Part shown: in pieces, positions 60,544 to 64,000 of the stretch
Numbering within the stretch: the first letter of the stretch is position 1
Layout of the letters: every line of letters starts with the position of its first letter
NCBI GenBank assembly: GCA_037146775.1
Contig: JBAWWL010000008.1
Span: 6,160-70,159, forward strand
DNA: 64,000 nucleotides
Reading direction: 5' to 3'
Source: Candidatus Omnitrophota bacterium
Lineage (GTDB): Bacteria > Omnitrophota > Gorgyraeia > Duberdicusellales > 4484-171
Made by a program: the position numbers and the translations under genes
The notes under the pieces: model-generated
What the model was told of the DNA's origin: nothing
The model's database searches: none
What the model saw: only the letters and a program-made list of their open reading frames with translations

Positions 60544-61406
60544 GCACACGTGTTGCGTTTAAGAAAATGGTCGCCTCGGGCAACGACTTTGTTCTTTTGG
60601 AGGCCGGGAGTAAGAAGTCAGAAGTCAGAGGTCAGAGGTCAGAGGACAGAGGACAGAGGTCAGAAGGTAGAGCGTTGAGCAGTTTAGCGAAAAAAATGTG
60701 TGATAGGAAATACGGAATTGGAGCAGACGGATTATTGGTCATGGAAACGTCAAAAACCGCGGATGCAAGAATGCGCATTTTTAATGCTGACGGGTCAGAG
60801 GCCCAAATGTGCGGGAATGGCGCACGCTGCGCTGCTTTGTGGGTAAACGAGAAATTAAGAATTAAAGACAGGAGATTAAAGATAGAAACCAAGGCAGGCC
60901 TCTTAAGAGCGGAGGTCTCTGGTGAACAGGTGCGGATACAGCTAACCGACCCCAAAGATGTCAGGTTACATGTGCCTATTACGGTAAACAACCGGCCGCT
61001 TAAGGTTCATTTTATTAATACCGGCGTACCACATACAATTATTTTTGTTGCAGGTATCGAGTTGATCGATGTGGATGGCCTGGGCCGATTAATCCGTCAT
61101 CATCGTTATTTCAAACCAGCGGGAACAAATGTTGATTTTGTACAGGTATCCGGCGATGATCTTATAAGGGTACGTACGTACGAGCGTGGAGTTGAAGCGG
61201 AGACTCTTGCGTGCGGTACCGGATCGGTCGCGGCGGCAATCATGTACAGTTATCAACTCCCGGTCCGTAACCGCTACCACATAAAAGTATTGACTCAGGG
61301 CGGCGAAGTATTGAGTGTTTATTTTGAAAAAAAAGATAATGCATTTATAAATGTGTGGTTGGAGGGGAAAGCCCGGAATGTATTTGAGGGAGGTTATTAT
61401 GTTTAA
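60540..61406 (+). CDS. dapF: Diaminopimelate epimerase with repeat-encoded loop insertion
   Basis: GNDF, MCGNGARC, TGVPH, ERG..ETLACGTG. Confidence 0.95.
   Translation: MSTRVAFKKMVASGNDFVLLEAGSKKSEVRGQRSEDRGQRSEGRALSSLAKKMCDRKYGIGADGLLVMETSKTADARMRIFNADGSEAQMCGNGARCAALWVNEKLRIKDRRLKIETKAGLLRAEVSGEQVRIQLTDPKDVRLHVPITVNNRPLKVHFINTGVPHTIIFVAGIELIDVDGLGRLIRHHRYFKPAGTNVDFVQVSGDDLIRVRTYERGVEAETLACGTGSVAAAIMYSYQLPVRNRYHIKVLTQGGEVLSVYFEKKDNAFINVWLEGKARNVFEGGYYV
60611..60673 (+). repeat. About 9 x 7-bp tandem repeat (WCAGARG) in frame within dapF
   Basis: TCAGAAG TCAGAGG x3 ACAGAGG x2 TCAGAAG plus degenerate flanking units. Confidence 0.88.
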
Positions 61407-62274
61407 AGGTTCGATGGTGGCAATCGTCACACCGTTTAAAAACGATAGCGTGGACGAAAAAGTATTTAAGAAATTGATAGAGTTCCACATTGCAAACGGC
61501 AGCTCTGCAATAGTGCCTTGTGGTACGACCGGTGAGTCGTCAACCTTAACGTATGAAGAGCATGAGCGGATTATTGAGGTTGCCATAGAAACAGCAAAGA
61601 AAAGAATCACGATCATTGCCGGAACCGGTGCTAACTCAACTCAGGAAGCCATCATGTTGACCAAACATGCAGCCGCCTCAGGCGCAGACGCAAGCCTGCA
61701 GGTTGCACCCTATTATAATCGTCCCACGCAGCAAGGGTTGTACGAACATTTTAAAGCTGTGGCTGAGTCAGTACCTATCCCGATTATCCTTTATAATATT
61801 CCTTCGCGTACCGGCGTTAACATTGAGCCGGAAACGATAGCGAGGCTGGCCGGCAAGTGCAAAAACATTGTAGCGGTAAAAGAAGCGTCGGGTAATCTCG
61901 AGCAGATGTCGCGCGTAAAGCTTTTGTGCGGTAAAACATTTGACTTGCTTTCGGGGGATGACGCCTTAACTTTACCGGTCTTAAGCATCGGCGGAACCGG
62001 AATTATTTCCGTTGTGGCTAATATTGTGCCTAAAGATGTAGCCAACTTAGTACAGGCGTTTGAGAAAGGAGATATTGCAGGTGCTATTCAATGGCACTAT
62101 AAGTTGTTGCCGCTGGTGAAGGCGATGTTTCTTGAAACAAACCCTATACCGGTAAAAACCGCCATGGGGCTTATGGGTTTATGTGAACCGGATGCACGAC
62201 TTCCGTTATGTGCAATGTCAAATGAAAACCTGGAAAAGTTGAAAAAAGCGCTTAAGGATTACGGATTATTATAG
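61399..62274 (+). CDS. dapA: 4-hydroxy-tetrahydrodipicolinate synthase (start reassigned to 61399)
   Basis: GTTGES, YNIPSRTG, VKEASG, ETNPIPVK. Confidence 0.96.
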   Translation: MFKGSMVAIVTPFKNDSVDEKVFKKLIEFHIANGSSAIVPCGTTGESSTLTYEEHERIIEVAIETAKKRITIIAGTGANSTQEAIMLTKHAAASGADASLQVAPYYNRPTQQGLYEHFKAVAESVPIPIILYNIPSRTGVNIEPETIARLAGKCKNIVAVKEASGNLEQMSRVKLLCGKTFDLLSGDDALTLPVLSIGGTGIISVVANIVPKDVANLVQAFEKGDIAGAIQWHYKLLPLVKAMFLETNPIPVKTAMGLMGLCEPDARLPLCAMSNENLEKLKKALKDYGLL

Positions 62275-62341
62275 TGTGTACCGTGCGATATATATTTCGT
62301 GGCCCGCGGCACGCAGCCTGCGGACTATAGCGAGGCATATA

Positions 62342-63070
62342 ATGATTAAAATAGGTATTTCTGGTTTTTGTGGAAAAATGGGCCAGCGTATTTTCGCCTT
62401 AGCTAAGGCTGACAAAGAATTGAAAGTTGTTCTTGGTTTGGAGGCCGCCGGCCTGGCACAGGTAGGTACAACGATAGATGGCGTAAAAGTGAGCGCTGAT
62501 GTAGGGGGCCTTAAATCCTGCGATTGTTTTATCGATTTTACCGCTCCCGGTGCAACCATTACTCATCTCGAGTTTCTGGTCGCTTCTAAGAAGCCCGCGG
62601 TTATAGGCACCACCGGCTTAGATGATGAGCAATGCGCGCTTATTGCCCGAGCGAGCAGAAAAATTCCTATTGTTTTTTCGCCGAACATGAGCGTGGGGGT
62701 AAATCTCCTGTTTCGGTTAGCCAAAACAGCCGCAGGGATATTAAAGAATTACCGTGTGCGTATCGAAGAAGCGCATCACGTACATAAAAAGGATGCGCCG
62801 TCAGGAACAGCCAAAAAAATAGCGCAAATTATCAGCGAACAGGGTGTCACAGTTAGGGGGGAGGATATAAAAGCGATTCGCGAAGGGGATATAGTGGGTG
62901 ATCATAGAATTATTTTTGAGAGCGGCGTTGATAGGTTCGAACTCTTTCACTCGGCAAAAACACGCGATATTTTTGCGCAAGGCGCTCTTATGGCTGCAAA
63001 ATGGGTGTATAAGAAAAAAGCAGGATTGTATTCGATGGACGACGTCCTGGCTTTAAAGATAAAAAATTGA
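62342..63070 (+). CDS. dapB: 4-hydroxy-tetrahydrodipicolinate reductase (start reassigned to 62342)
   Basis: G..GKMG, GTTG, EAHHVHKKDAPSGTA. Confidence 0.96.
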   Translation: MIKIGISGFCGKMGQRIFALAKADKELKVVLGLEAAGLAQVGTTIDGVKVSADVGGLKSCDCFIDFTAPGATITHLEFLVASKKPAVIGTTGLDDEQCALIARASRKIPIVFSPNMSVGVNLLFRLAKTAAGILKNYRVRIEEAHHVHKKDAPSGTAKKIAQIISEQGVTVRGEDIKAIREGDIVGDHRIIFESGVDRFELFHSAKTRDIFAQGALMAAKWVYKKKAGLYSMDDVLALKIKN

Positions 63071-63081
63071 GGTTAAAAAAC

Positions 63082-64000
63082 ATGAGGCAGAAGAATGCCG
63101 GAAGACAATTTGTGTTATCCGAAAAGCTCACCGCGCTACCACCGTATCTTTTTGCTGAAATTGACCGGCAAAAAAAAGAATTGAGAGAGAGGGGGGAAAG
63201 CTTCGTTGATGTGAGTATTGGCGATCCGGATATACTTGCGCCACAGAGCGTGATTGATGCGTTATCGAGGGCTTCTTCCGTAAAAGAAAATCAGAAATAT
63301 GCGCTTGACCAGGGAAAAGACGAGTTGCGTCGCTCTATCAAGGAGTGGTTTAACCGCCGTTTTGCGGTTACTCTGGATGAGAATAAAGAAATACTGCCTT
63401 TAATCGGTTCAAAGGAAGGGTTGGTACATTTTCCGCTCGCTTTCGTCAACAGGGGTGATTACGTCATTGTGCCTTCTCCGGGCTATCCCGGCTATCGCGG
63501 AGCAGCAGTTTTTGCCGCAGCCAAAATTCATGAGTTGCCGCTTGTAGCAAAAAACTCTTTTTTGCCTGATTTAGAAAAAATTCCGCTTCATGTGCGTAAG
63601 CGCGCCAAGCTGATATATATTAATTATCCGAATAATCCCACCAGCGTTATTGCGCCCAAAGCATTCTTGGAAAAATTAATTGCCTTTTGCTCTAAGTACG
63701 GAATCATTTTGGCTTATGATAACGCCTATTCCGAGATCTACTTTGAGGATAAGCCGCATAGTGTTTTTGAAATAAAGGGAGCAAAAGAAATCGCGATTGA
63801 ATTTCATTCCTTTTCAAAAACATTCTGTATGACCGGTTTTCGAGTGGGCTGGGCCTGCGGTAATGAACAGTTGGTGAAAGGCTTGTTGAAAGTGAAAACC
63901 AATATTGATTCGGGTATTTTTGGCGGGATCCAGGAAGCGGCAAAGGTTGCTCTGGATAAGGGAGATAGCTACAGCGAACATATGCGAAATACTTTCAAAG
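63082..64000 (+). CDS. dapL: LL-diaminopimelate aminotransferase (partial, runs off the window)
   Basis: Manual translation: LPPYLFAEID, IGDPD, LIGSKEG, NYPNNPT, DNAYSEI, SFSKTFCMTGFRVG; follows dapB. Confidence 0.88.
   Translation, partial: MRQKNAGRQFVLSEKLTALPPYLFAEIDRQKKELRERGESFVDVSIGDPDILAPQSVIDALSRASSVKENQKYALDQGKDELRRSIKEWFNRRFAVTLDENKEILPLIGSKEGLVHFPLAFVNRGDYVIVPSPGYPGYRGAAVFAAAKIHELPLVAKNSFLPDLEKIPLHVRKRAKLIYINYPNNPTSVIAPKAFLEKLIAFCSKYGIILAYDNAYSEIYFEDKPHSVFEIKGAKEIAIEFHSFSKTFCMTGFRVGWACGNEQLVKGLLKVKTNIDSGIFGGIQEAAKVALDKGDSYSEHMRNTFK

Overview
Bacterial chromosomal segment with almost all genes on the + strand. Gene content (V/A-type ATPase, TIGR04073-like protein, secreted proteins with an 'LKNG..V.G.I' N-terminal module) suggests an anaerobic PVC-group organism such as Omnitrophota, which is an inference. 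Layout: (1) 0.3-24.6 kb housekeeping and energy genes: NSS transporter with an unannotated small partner ORF, serine hydrolase, MscS, YggT, a complete V-type ATPase operon, USP, PTS-IIA, glgC, pta-ackA, panD, def, trxB, corA. (2) 24.6-25.2 kb tRNA-Glu(CTC), whose 5' end is duplicated around a small GIY-YIG nuclease gene and a double-hairpin insert. (3) about 25.3-39.2 kb accessory region with no integrase: secreted proteins, a toxin-antitoxin pair, an omptin, a methyltransferase, an ankyrin protein, and three or possibly four related promoter-structured RNA-terminator units. (4) 39.3-64 kb hisF-hisI-trpE, rpsP-yajC-secDF, a shortened mfd, surA-like, pdxA, rsmA, then arg and lys/dap genes. Several families of tiny palindromic or tandem repeats occur, often nested, and one 7-bp family sits in frame inside hisI and dapF.
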